A stretch of 62,164 nt of DNA from Capsulimonadales bacterium (GTDB taxonomy: Bacteria > Armatimonadota > Armatimonadia > Armatimonadales > Armatimonadaceae). Location of the stretch: the NCBI GenBank assembly GCA_033762295.1, contig JANRLW010000125.1, positions 1 to 62,164 of the forward strand, written 5' to 3'. The notes under the pieces were generated by a model. The model made no database searches and was not told the origin of the DNA. It was given only the letters and a program-made list of their open reading frames with translations. The position numbers and the translations under genes are program-made. This document shows, in pieces, positions 9,112-19,855 of this stretch (positions are counted from its first letter, which is position 1; every line of letters begins with the position of its first letter).

Positions 9112-10162
9112 CCTCAGGGCCGATCGCCAGGCAGATATTGGCCATCAGTTCGGCGCAGTGATCGGCGTCCGTCAGCGAAATGATCTCGCAGGGGGTATGC
9201 ATGTACCGGAGCGGGATTCCGAGCAGTCCGGTGGTCATTCCGTCCCGCGAAATCTGCATGGCGTTCGCATCGGTGCCGGTGCCGCCGGGCGTCGCTTCCA
9301 GCTGGAAGGGAATCCGGGATTCCTCGGCGACCGCGATCATCCGGTCGCTCAGTTTTCGGGAGGCGTTCGCCCCGCGCAGAATGGTCGGTCCCTGCGCCAA
9401 CTTGATCTCTCCGACCTTGCGTTTGTCCATCGAGGGGAAATCCGTGGCGAAGGTGACGTCGACCGCGATTCCGATCTGTGGCGCGATACCGAACGCGCTG
9501 GTGTGCGCGCCGCGCAATCCGATCTCCTCCTGCACGGTAGCGACGGCGAAAACGGCCGCCCGGGGATTCCTCTCCTTGACCCGGCGCAGGGCTTCGGCGA
9601 CGGTCCACGCGCCCACCCGGTTGTCGATCGCCCGCGCCGTCACGCGGTCGCCCTGCAGACGGGTGAATCCGACATTATAGGTGACCGGGTCGCCGACCCG
9701 CACCCCCGCCGCGGCCACCTCGTCCTTGCCGCCGGTCGCCCCGATATCCACCCAGAGATCCTGCATCTCGACGGCTTTGCCACGCTCCTCCGAGGTCAGG
9801 AGATGGATCGGCTTTTTCCCGATCACCCCTTCGATCGGCCCGCGCGACGTGTGGATCGTCACGCGCTGCCCGACGATGACGGCGTTATCGTGGCCGCCGA
9901 TCCCCCGGAAGTAGCACATTCCTTCGTCGGAGATGTGAACGATCAGGAACCCGATCTCATCCATGTGTCCGGCAAGCATGATGCGCGGACTTCCCTTCGG
10001 GTTCACGGCGGCGATCACGTTGCCCATCGCATCGGTGGTCACGGAGTCGGCAAACGGGGTGACATACTCGCGGAAGTTCGTGGCATTCGGTTCCTCGAAT
10101 CCGGACGGGGAGGGCGTCTCCAGAAGACGCTGTAAAAAGGCCAGAGCGGCGTCGGTCATCAT
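9095..10162 (-). CDS. M42-family metallo-aminopeptidase
   Basis: PSPSGFE, AGHMDEIG, RAIDNR, VQEEIGLRGA, AVDVT, GGTGTDA, RYMHTP. Confidence 0.95.
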   Translation of the reverse strand: MMTDAALAFLQRLLETPSPSGFEEPNATNFREYVTPFADSVTTDAMGNVIAAVNPKGSPRIMLAGHMDEIGFLIVHISDEGMCYFRGIGGHDNAVIVGQRVTIHTSRGPIEGVIGKKPIHLLTSEERGKAVEMQDLWVDIGATGGKDEVAAAGVRVGDPVTYNVGFTRLQGDRVTARAIDNRVGAWTVAEALRRVKERNPRAAVFAVATVQEEIGLRGAHTSAFGIAPQIGIAVDVTFATDFPSMDKRKVGEIKLAQGPTILRGANASRKLSDRMIAVAEESRIPFQLEATPGGTGTDANAMQISRDGMTTGLLGIPLRYMHTPCEIISLTDADHCAELMANICLAIGPEDDWTP

Positions 10163-10250
10163 GTGCGGTCTGCTCCTGCGGACGATAAAGGTATGGAAAA
10201 CGACCTTTCGGAGTTCGACACAGGACGTGCGTTTTCCTGTCCGCTCTCGA

Positions 10251-10946
10251 TCAACCTCCCTCGTTTCCCGCTTTCGTTTCCCCGGTCGTGTTCGGCTTCA
10301 TCGCTTCCAGCAGATCGAGCGTCCGGTCGGCGATCAGGATACGTTCGACGTACATTCGCAGGGCCAGTGCCTGTACCGCCTCCTTGGGCGCCTTTCGGGG
10401 ATCGTTCCGATACTCCTTGGGGATCAATCGCTTGCCGCCCAGCATTTTCCCGACCTGCCGTTCGACTTCGTCCTTCTGATCGGCGGTCAGGCTCTCCTTC
10501 ACCGCCGCGAAAACGCGATTGACGGCGTCCTCGCGCACTTTGATCAGGCGGTCTTCGGCGGCGTTGAAGGTCTTCATCACCTTGTTTTCCGTCTCCGTGG
10601 AGACGGTTCCGCCCGCCAGAGCCTCCTCCCGCGCACGGCTCAGGTCGGCGGCCAGCGCCCGGAGCACTTCGTAATCGGCTTTCCGTCGGGCGGCGTTCTC
10701 GGTCGCGATCTCCTTCAGGGGAGTCTTGATCTTGCCGATCTGCTCCGACGTGAGTTTCAGAGGTGCCAACGCCTTCAGCAGGTCCAGGTCCGCGATGTCG
10801 GACAGGACTTTGGCGACATCGGCGGGCGGAGCCGGCGGCTGACCGGCGGCGGGCGCGGCAGCGGATATGAAGGAGAACGCCGGGGACAGGGTCGCAACGA
10901 CAGCAAGCACAAATCCCGAAACGGGCCGGAGGAAAAAGGCTCTCAT
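10251..10946 (-). CDS. Exported helical protein with two LTxxQ motifs (Spy/CpxP-like)
   Basis: Signal peptide, Ala/Pro linker, LKLTSEQ and SLTADQK motifs, charged helical composition. Confidence 0.6.
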   Translation of the reverse strand: MRAFFLRPVSGFVLAVVATLSPAFSFISAAAPAAGQPPAPPADVAKVLSDIADLDLLKALAPLKLTSEQIGKIKTPLKEIATENAARRKADYEVLRALAADLSRAREEALAGGTVSTETENKVMKTFNAAEDRLIKVREDAVNRVFAAVKESLTADQKDEVERQVGKMLGGKRLIPKEYRNDPRKAPKEAVQALALRMYVERILIADRTLDLLEAMKPNTTGETKAGNEGG

Positions 10947-11049
10947 CGGGTGAATATTACCGCATCAAGGGCGGCTTTGTCACCTTTGCCCCATCCGGAC
11001 CATCGCTTGCCGCCGGCATGGGAGGATGAGCGTGCGTGGCCCCGCCGTC

Positions 11050-11079
11050 TTGCGGTCGAAGGCTTGCTTTGTGTATAAT
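11050..11079 (+). promoter_or_regulatory. Putative sigma70 promoter for the lipoprotein-lptC-lptA-EI-like operon
   Basis: TTGCGG, 18 bp, TATAAT; RBS GAGGAGG precedes ATG 11159. Confidence 0.55.
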
Positions 11080-11158
11080 TGTCGCGTTTCGACGGTTCCT
11101 ACCGTCTTTTTTCCTTCCCCTGACGGAAGGGAGCGGATGCAACCGAGGAGGATATGAG

Positions 11159-11677
11159 ATGATGTTCGGCAGACAGCCACAGGGAGACGCCCCGGTTCTT
11201 TCCCCGATGGCGGCGAAATCCGCGCGCGGACTTCTGCGCGGCGTCCGGTGGCTCTTGGCCACGTTACTGGTGTTTATTCCCGTCCTGATGAGCGCCGGCT
11301 GCGGCGGGAGCAGTTCGTCCGGACCGGGTCAGCCGAGCGGCAACCAGGCAGCCCGGGTCGTCGGACGGCTCGTCGACTTCTACAGCGACAGCGCGCCGGT
11401 CGTCGGCGCGACCGTCACCCTCCAGGGCCGGTCCGTCATCACCGGAGCCGATGGGACCTTCACCCTTTCGGTCGCCGCCGGACAGGGGACGACCAACCTG
11501 ACGATCCAGCCGCCGACCTCCATCAACTTCTACGGCACGGGCGTCGTCGGCGGACAGCCGTTCGATCTTCGCAGCGAGGGAGTTTCGGTTCCCACCCTGA
11601 CCGTCGATCAGAACTACTCGGTCGGGGATATCCTGATGTACTCCGAAGCCGGCCCGCCGCCGCCGCCGCGCATCTGA
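11159..11677 (+). CDS. Lipoprotein with carboxypeptidase-regulatory-like Ig domain and C-terminal poly-Pro
   Basis: Lipobox SAGC, GGSSSSG linker, PVVGATVTL..TGADGTFTL, ends GPPPPPRI. Confidence 0.8.
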   Translation: MMFGRQPQGDAPVLSPMAAKSARGLLRGVRWLLATLLVFIPVLMSAGCGGSSSSGPGQPSGNQAARVVGRLVDFYSDSAPVVGATVTLQGRSVITGADGTFTLSVAAGQGTTNLTIQPPTSINFYGTGVVGGQPFDLRSEGVSVPTLTVDQNYSVGDILMYSEAGPPPPPRI

Positions 11678-11736
11678 CACCCCCGGGACGGAGGCTCGGG
11701 AAAGCGAATCCCCGACCCCGTCCCTCTCCTCCGCCG

Positions 11737-12357
11737 ATGCGCTGGGTCTCCGCCTTTCTCGTTCTCCTGCTGATCGCCGGAACGTACCTGGCGGTGCGGT
11801 TCGTCCGGGAATCGCCGCGCTCCCCGCTGATTACCGGCGGAGGAACCCCCGACCTGCCTCCCAATGTCCACCTCCGTCTTTCCGGACTGACCATCACCGG
11901 ACGCAAGGACGGACGACCGGCCTGGCATCTTCGAGCGGATCGCATGGACTCCACACGCGACAGCCGGGAGATCGATTTCGACGGCCATATCCGCGCGGAT
12001 TTCTCCGGGGAGGAGACGCGGCGCGCGACCGTGGAAGCGGCGTCCGCTCACTATTCCGACACGCTCAAACGGCTCGTCGCCTCCGGCGGAGTTCGCCTGC
12101 GTTTGCGCCCGACCTCCCCGCAATTTCCTGAGGAGATAAGGATCGAGACCGACTCGATCGTCTGGAATGTGGGCGACCGGAACGTTCTCTGCCCCAAACC
12201 CGTTCGAGCCTTCCAGGGGTCGCGGTTCGCCCGCGCCGACGGGTTGACGGTCGATCTCAAAACGCGCAAACTGACGCTCAGAAACTTCACGGCGTCGCTC
12301 CCCGTAAACGAAGAAGGAGTGTTGCCCAACGAACCCGTCGAAAGGATCGCGCCATGA
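11737..12357 (+). CDS. LptC-like LPS export periplasmic protein
   Basis: Single N-terminal TM (MRWVSAFLVLLLIAG), then beta-jellyroll-like GRPAWHLRADR, ASAHYSD..LVASGGV, IETDSIVWN..CPKPV. The ORF-track start at 11248 is over-extended. Confidence 0.7.
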   Translation: MRWVSAFLVLLLIAGTYLAVRFVRESPRSPLITGGGTPDLPPNVHLRLSGLTITGRKDGRPAWHLRADRMDSTRDSREIDFDGHIRADFSGEETRRATVEAASAHYSDTLKRLVASGGVRLRLRPTSPQFPEEIRIETDSIVWNVGDRNVLCPKPVRAFQGSRFARADGLTVDLKTRKLTLRNFTASLPVNEEGVLPNEPVERIAP

Positions 12358-13265
12358 GAGCCGTGAAAATCGCCCCCGCCGTCGCCCTTGCCGGTATCGC
12401 CGCGCTCTCGATTGTCGGTATCCGTCGCCTGCCCGCGCAGCCGGCGGCACGCCCGACCGCGCCGGCCCCACCGTCCGCCGCACGCCCGAAAGGACGCGTC
12501 TGGTTCGGTTTCCGACAGGGCGCACGCGAGGAGACGCCGCAGGGGGCGATCAATACCTGCCGGGGCAACGCCGTCTTTCTCTTCACCCGCAAGTCCCTTC
12601 CGCCGGATGTCAGGACGAAGGAACTGATCGACTTCGGACTCAAGGACGACGATTCCCGCCTGACGACCGACCTGGCCACCTTCAACGAGAGGACACAGAT
12701 CGCCGCCTCCCCCGGCAAACTCAAACTCGAGGATGAGTACAACACCGTCACCGGGAATACCGGAACCGCCTTCTACAAAACCAAGGAAGCGAAAATCCGG
12801 GGGGACGTCGTAATGGTCGCCCGTCCTCGGGAAGAGAACCAAAACGCCCCGTCGGACGCGTCACAGCGCCGGTTTGACTCCCCCGTGACGCTGACCTGCC
12901 AGAAAGTGGATTATAACTGGCGCACCCGGATCGCGCTGGCGTCCGAACGTCTGACGATCAAACAGAAGGATATGACCGTGACCGCCGACCGGGCCGTCTA
13001 CGATGGCCGGAAGGAGATGATCCTCCTCGAGGGAAATGTCCTGTACGTTCGGACCAACGGCGAACGCGGCAAAACGCCGAAGGCGACGATCTACTACACG
13101 AAGGGCAAGGAGCGTTTCCTGACCGAGCAGTTGAGCGGTCAGTATCCGGTGGACGAGGAGGAGATCGAACGGGAGGAGGGCGCTCCCCCAGGAAACCTTC
13201 CGCCGTCTTCGCCGCCCGCCGCCACCCCCTCGCCGGAACGCCCGGAAGGAGTCCCGCCCCGATGA
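12354..13265 (+). CDS. LptA/OstA-like periplasmic beta-jellyroll protein
   Basis: Signal peptide; repeats such as TVTGNTGTAFY..KIRGDV and TVTADRAVYDG..ILLEGNV; ATGA-coupled to the upstream gene. Confidence 0.75.
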   Translation: MRAVKIAPAVALAGIAALSIVGIRRLPAQPAARPTAPAPPSAARPKGRVWFGFRQGAREETPQGAINTCRGNAVFLFTRKSLPPDVRTKELIDFGLKDDDSRLTTDLATFNERTQIAASPGKLKLEDEYNTVTGNTGTAFYKTKEAKIRGDVVMVARPREENQNAPSDASQRRFDSPVTLTCQKVDYNWRTRIALASERLTIKQKDMTVTADRAVYDGRKEMILLEGNVLYVRTNGERGKTPKATIYYTKGKERFLTEQLSGQYPVDEEEIEREEGAPPGNLPPSSPPAATPSPERPEGVPPR

Positions 13266-14398
13266 GACCCCCGATCGTTCCCCTGCCGGAGCGACCGGGC
13301 CGTCGTCTCCATACGCCGGCGCACCTGCGCGGGCGCGGTCATGGAACACGTGGTCTGGTCGCGGTGGCGACGATTCTGGGCGAGACGGAGGGTCGGTTGA
13401 CGCTCGACCCCGATCTGCTGGCCGATGCCGCCCGCGCCGCCCGCTTCAGTGACGATTCCTGGCGGGAGGTGATCCTCGTCGCCCGGAGCGGTCCGGCCGC
13501 CCTCCTCCTCCCGATGCCCGACGGCGTCCGCCTCGTCGGCGTCGTCTCCGAGCAGGAGATACCGCCCGGTCTGACGACGCCGGTCCCGGTTGTTTCCGGC
13601 GTGACCGGCGCCCGGGAACGGATCACGGAAGGTTGCCTGGTCCTGCTGGACCCGGCGCGCGGACGGGTGCTGGTGGAACCGGAGGCACGGGAAGTGGCGG
13701 CGCTGCAGCGGCAGACCCATCGCGCCCGCTTCCGGCTGGGTGTCGAAAGCGTGATTGCCATCACTCAGGGCGGACGCGCAGTCCAGGTTCAGGCGCTCAT
13801 CCGTGACAATGCCGATATCGACGCCGCGCTACTGGCCGGAGCGGACGCACTCTTCGTCACCGCCGGCGCGGAAGCGCTCGCGGCGCTCGCCAACGAACAC
13901 GGCGGCGACCCGCTCCCCGACCTGCTCCGGCTCGCGGAACGGTTCGGCGGCGGGGCGATTACCCTTTCTCTCACCGCGGAAATGTTCGCGCCGGTCGTCC
14001 TTGCCCGGATGGCGGCCGTCTCCCTGCTCAGCATCGCCCTGCACCCGTCCGAGCTACCGCTGCCTCCGGCGGATGTTCGCTACGAACTGGAGAAGGTCGT
14101 CGAACAGGAGCGGAACGCCGATCGACCCGCCGCCCCGTTCGGTCTGGCCGCGCTCTCCCCGGACCGACACTCCCACGAGATCGACGCGTTCGATCAACTC
14201 TACTTCGGCTCGGAGATCGTCGCCGACCTGACGCCGGAGGTTCTGTTCGCGATCCCGCCGGTCTATGCTCTGTTCGACAATCCTTTCGATGATTCCCTGA
14301 CCGGGTTCGCCGAGGTCGTGGCCGCCGGGGCCGCGGGTGTCGTCGTCCCGCCGACGCGCGTGGAAGAATGCAAGGACCGTATCCGTGAAAGCGAATGA
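13262..14398 (+). CDS. Degenerate PEP-utilising enzyme (PTS Enzyme I-like mobile domain plus partial TIM barrel) lacking the phospho-His motif
   Basis: EVILVA..VGVVSE..PVVSGV..ITEGCLVLLDPARGRVLVEP and AITQGGRAVQVQALI..AALLAGADALF resemble EI, but GGxTSH and RTE are absent. Confidence 0.6.
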   Translation: MRPPIVPLPERPGRRLHTPAHLRGRGHGTRGLVAVATILGETEGRLTLDPDLLADAARAARFSDDSWREVILVARSGPAALLLPMPDGVRLVGVVSEQEIPPGLTTPVPVVSGVTGARERITEGCLVLLDPARGRVLVEPEAREVAALQRQTHRARFRLGVESVIAITQGGRAVQVQALIRDNADIDAALLAGADALFVTAGAEALAALANEHGGDPLPDLLRLAERFGGGAITLSLTAEMFAPVVLARMAAVSLLSIALHPSELPLPPADVRYELEKVVEQERNADRPAAPFGLAALSPDRHSHEIDAFDQLYFGSEIVADLTPEVLFAIPPVYALFDNPFDDSLTGFAEVVAAGAAGVVVPPTRVEECKDRIRESE

Positions 14399-14484
14399 CC
14401 GCCCGACGCCTCCTCCGAACGACGGATTTGGCCGCCCGGACTGGCATCCGCCCGCCACGGTGGTAGAGTAATATCGATAGAGAA

Positions 14485-14575
14485 AACAGAACAGGCGGTC
14501 ACGGAGGGTTCCGTGATGCAGCCGGGCCTCCGATTATGAGGCAGTGGACGCTTCCTGAAGCCCCACGGGACTGGA
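14485..14575 (+). promoter_or_regulatory. NiCo (czcD)-type metal-sensing riboswitch aptamer
   Basis: CAGAACAGGC-[P2 GUCACGGA/UCCGUGAU]-GCAGCCGG-[P3 GCCUC/GAGGC]-A-[P4 GUGG..CCAC]-GGGACUG matches my recollection of the czcD four-way-junction consensus. Extended -10 TGgTAGAGT at 14461-69; a metal exporter lies downstream. Confidence 0.85.
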
Positions 14576-14619
14576 TATCAGCCGCCATGCTGACCCGGTT
14601 CCGTGGGGCTTTCGGCTTT
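14557..14619 (+). terminator. Riboswitch expression platform (terminator-like hairpin overlapping the aptamer 3' end)
   Basis: GAAGCCCCACGGGACUGG pairs with CCGGUUCCGUGGGGCUUU, followed by a short interrupted U run; mutually exclusive with P4/P1. Confidence 0.7.
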
Positions 14620-14650
14620 ATGACGTCGGCAAAGTGAGGTAACGCGGATC

Positions 14651-16585
14651 ATGTGGAACACGCTCACCGGGGCACCCCCCCTTTCGTCGCCGATCGCATC
14701 GCCCGATGCCCGCTCCCGCATCGCCCCGCTCCGTCCGCGCGCCCTGGCTCCTGACGCCCTGGCCGCCCTGCTGGCCGGAGCCGGTCTGCTCGGGGGGTAT
14801 CTTCTCCGTCCGTTTCCGGAGTTCTCCTTTGTCGTCCATGTCCTGGCGATGGTCGCCGGAGGGTTACCGGCGATTTCGGACGCGGTCAACGCGCTTCGCC
14901 GGGGCCAGCCGGACGTCCATGTCCTGATGCTGACGGCGGCGATCGGAGCGGCGGCGATCGGGCGACCCGGCGAGGGCGCCGCGCTTCTGTTCCTGTTCGC
15001 TCTGTCCGGCGCGCTGGAAACCTATGCGATGGGCCGTACCCGGGATGCCATTCGACGGCTGGTCGGCATGCGCCCCACCCTGGCAAGGCGCGAGGACGGC
15101 GCTCCGGTTCCGGTCGAAAGCCTGGAAAAAGGTGATCTTTTCGTCGTGCATCCGGCGGAGGCGTTTCCGCTCGACGGAGTCGTCGTCGCCGGGCTTTCCT
15201 CGGTCGATCAGTCGGTCATGACCGGGGAAGCCGAACCGGTCGTTCGCGCGGTCGGCGACCGGGTCCTGAGCGGAACGCTGAACCTCGACGGAATCCTGAC
15301 GGTCCGGGCGACCGCCGTCTGCGCCGATTCCTCGCTCGAACGGGTGATTCGTCTGACGGAGCAGGCGCAGGAGGAGAAATCGCTCGCCTCCTCCGAACGT
15401 CTTGCGGACCGGGTCGGACGGTACTACGCCCCGCTGGTACTGGTCGGCGGCGTGCTGGTATTCCTTTACGAATGGGCGTTCCATCGGGCGCAGATACCGC
15501 ACGCGATCTACCTCGGCCTGACATTACTGGTCGCGGCGTCCCCCTGCGCCCTGGTACTGTCGTCACCGGCGGCGATCCTGTCCGCCCTGGCGGCGGGCGG
15601 GCGTCGCGGACTGCTCATCCGAAGCGGCTCGGTACTGGAAACGCTGGCGCGGATCGATACCGTCGCCTTCGACAAAACGGGCACGCTGACGACCGGACAA
15701 CCGAGCGTGGTGGAGATATGGGCTTCCGATGGCGATGCCGACGGTCTTCTGCAGGTCGCGGCGGCGGCCGAAGCGGCGATTCCTCACCCGCTGGCTCGCG
15801 CCCTGGTACGCGCCGCCGGGGAGAAGGGGTTCCCGTCAGCCGAAACGCCGGAGTGCCAGTCGCTTCCCGGACGTGGTGTCGTCGCTGCGGTCGATGGGCG
15901 ATCGGTTCGTGTCGGACGGCCGGAGTGGGTCTTCGGGGAGGAGATTTCGGTCGAGATCGCGCGGCGGGTGGCGAACGCCCGATCTTCCGGTCGCAGTGTC
16001 GTCGGCGTTTCCTCGGACGAAGTCCTCGGGTTGATTACCCTGGAAGACACCGTACGAACGGACGCGTCGGCGACGCTACAGCAGTTGAGCGAGGCGTACG
16101 GGGTTCGCGAACTGGTCCTGCTCACCGGCGACCATGCGGCGGCCGGGACCGCGCTGCGTCGTCGACTGCCGCTTCTTTCCGCCGTCCGTTCCGATCAGCA
16201 ACCGGAGGATAAGGCGGGATGGATTCGGGAGCGGATCGCTGCGGGCCGGACGGTCGCGATGATCGGCGACGGCGTCAACGACGCACCGGCCCTCGCCGCC
16301 GCCTCGGTCGGTATCACCCTCGGCGGCATCGGCAGCGATGTCGCTCTGGACAGCGCGGACATGGTGGTGATGGAGGATCGGCTGTCCGCCGTTCCGGAGG
16401 CCCTGCGCCTTGCCCGACGCGCCCGCCTCGTCGCTCTGCAGAATGTCACGCTGTCGCTTCTCGGTGTTTCCCTGCTCGTTCTCGCCGTTCTGATTCAAGG
16501 AGTGCCGCTGCCGCTCGCCGTTCTGTTCCACGAGGGAACGACCGTGCTGGTGGTCCTCAACGGCCTGCGTTTGCTGCGGGGATGA
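14651..16585 (+). CDS. Heavy-metal P-type ATPase, P1B-4 type (Co/Fe/Zn export)
   Basis: TGEA, SPCAL, DKTGT, HP, GDGVNDAP and HEGTT; no N-terminal CxxC metal-binding domain. Confidence 0.93.
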   Translation: MWNTLTGAPPLSSPIASPDARSRIAPLRPRALAPDALAALLAGAGLLGGYLLRPFPEFSFVVHVLAMVAGGLPAISDAVNALRRGQPDVHVLMLTAAIGAAAIGRPGEGAALLFLFALSGALETYAMGRTRDAIRRLVGMRPTLARREDGAPVPVESLEKGDLFVVHPAEAFPLDGVVVAGLSSVDQSVMTGEAEPVVRAVGDRVLSGTLNLDGILTVRATAVCADSSLERVIRLTEQAQEEKSLASSERLADRVGRYYAPLVLVGGVLVFLYEWAFHRAQIPHAIYLGLTLLVAASPCALVLSSPAAILSALAAGGRRGLLIRSGSVLETLARIDTVAFDKTGTLTTGQPSVVEIWASDGDADGLLQVAAAAEAAIPHPLARALVRAAGEKGFPSAETPECQSLPGRGVVAAVDGRSVRVGRPEWVFGEEISVEIARRVANARSSGRSVVGVSSDEVLGLITLEDTVRTDASATLQQLSEAYGVRELVLLTGDHAAAGTALRRRLPLLSAVRSDQQPEDKAGWIRERIAAGRTVAMIGDGVNDAPALAAASVGITLGGIGSDVALDSADMVVMEDRLSAVPEALRLARRARLVALQNVTLSLLGVSLLVLAVLIQGVPLPLAVLFHEGTTVLVVLNGLRLLRG

Positions 16586-16628
16586 TCGATTGCCATACCC
16601 GTGCCATTACCGATCGCGTTCCTTCCTC

Positions 16629-17219
16629 CTACGGAAGCAAGGAGGAGACCCGAACGGGAGCATCCGGCGCAGCGAGGCAGGCGATACTTTCAGTGGATGT
16701 AACGGCGACGACCGAAGTATAGACGTCGTTCTGTGGGACGCGATGCACCAGTAACTGCCGTCCGGTGATGTCGACGATCCAGTATTCGGGAATGCCCGCC
16801 ATCGCATAAAGGCGCGATTTGATCCGCCGATCCTCGGCAAGCGTCGAATCCGCAACCTCGATCACCAGACGAACGTCGGAGGCGGGCGGTGTTCCGACCG
16901 CGAGGTAATACTCCGCCGGATGGGTCAGAACCACACAGTCCGGTTCCGGTTCATTGTGTTCGTCGAGAGCGATCGGGTCTTCTTTCTGAACATAATCGAG
17001 ACCAAACACCCCGATGAGCCACCCGAGCGCACGCATCGTGACATGGACATCGGGGCGCCGTTTGCCCATCTTATGCAGTATCTCTCCTTCGATCAACTCG
17101 AACGGCCCCTCGGAAAGCAGACCGGCGTCGAACAACGCGCGCACCATGGATCGCGTCAGCTTGACTCGGGGACGTGTTGTCGTCGGCTCCGTGAACGGGG
17201 AATCGGTGACTGCGGTCAA
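16629..17219 (-). CDS. Uma2 (DUF820) family putative endonuclease
   Basis: [36 protein letters not shown]. Confidence 0.92.
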   Translation of the reverse strand: MTAVTDSPFTEPTTTRPRVKLTRSMVRALFDAGLLSEGPFELIEGEILHKMGKRRPDVHVTMRALGWLIGVFGLDYVQKEDPIALDEHNEPEPDCVVLTHPAEYYLAVGTPPASDVRLVIEVADSTLAEDRRIKSRLYAMAGIPEYWIVDITGRQLLVHRVPQNDVYTSVVAVTSTESIACLAAPDAPVRVSSLLP

Positions 17220-17304
17220 TGCCTTTACCTCTCCGCCTATTCTACCGCCGTCGGCCCGGAGTCGGCATGGTAGAATATCGCGAAAGGTAGTTCTTGATCT
17301 TTAT

Positions 17305-19116
<1,812 letters not shown>

Positions 19117-19193
19117 AACGGAACTCCGGGGTTCCTTTCGTTTGTTTTCCGGACGGGCGTCTCCCAGCACGCCCCATCAGAAAGGCACTCACG

Positions 19194-19778
19194 ATGCGTT
19201 CCGGATCTCGTTTCGTCAGCCGACCGTCCTGGCTTCTCCTCGGCGGTCTGATCGGTCTTGCCATCGCCACGCCGATTCTTCGGTCGGTTGCGGCGACTCC
19301 TCCGAAGGTCGGGGACACGTTGCCCGACCTGGAGTTGCCGACCGCGGACGGTTCCTCCGTGCGTCTGAGCAAGATGTCGGCCGGCGGACCGCTGGTTCTG
19401 GTCGTTTTGCGCGGATTTCCCGGTTATCAGTGTCCGCTCTGCACCGCACAGTTCGGCGATTTGCGGGGCAAGGCAAAGGAGTTCGCGGCGGCGAAGGCCA
19501 ACGTCGTCCTGATCTATCCCGGTGCGGCCTCCGGACTGAAGGACCATGCCGGGGAGTTCGTCGGCGCGTCCGCCCTGCCTTCCAATTTCCGTTTCACGAT
19601 CGATCCCGATTTCAAAGCGGTGACCCGGCTGGGGCTGCGCTGGAACGCTCCCGGCGAGACCGCCTACCCCTCGACCTTCGTACTCGACGGAAAACGGAAA
19701 GTGGTGTTTGCCAGGGTCAGCCGGTCGCATGGCGACCGCGCCTCCGCCGCCGCGATTCTCGCCGCTCTCCCCCGGTAA
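19194..19778 (+). CDS. Exported peroxiredoxin-like (AhpC/TSA) thioredoxin-fold protein
   Basis: Signal peptide, VGDTLPDLEL, RGFPGYQCPLC, PSTFVLD. Confidence 0.85.
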   Translation: MRSGSRFVSRPSWLLLGGLIGLAIATPILRSVAATPPKVGDTLPDLELPTADGSSVRLSKMSAGGPLVLVVLRGFPGYQCPLCTAQFGDLRGKAKEFAAAKANVVLIYPGAASGLKDHAGEFVGASALPSNFRFTIDPDFKAVTRLGLRWNAPGETAYPSTFVLDGKRKVVFARVSRSHGDRASAAAILAALPR

Positions 19779-19855
19779 GCCGATTTCGGCCCGGAACGTG
19801 CTTCCGAACGAATACGGCGGTATAATTTTATTAACGTCCCTTTAACGATTTTCTT

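Noticed and set aside
14485..14620. tRNA, tRNA-Sec or 6S RNA
   Set aside because: No T-loop, CCA end or cloverleaf; the motifs fit the czcD riboswitch instead.
17014..17304. N-terminal extension of LepA (700-aa ORF)
   Set aside because: Overlaps the opposite-strand Uma2 gene; LepA homology starts at 17305.
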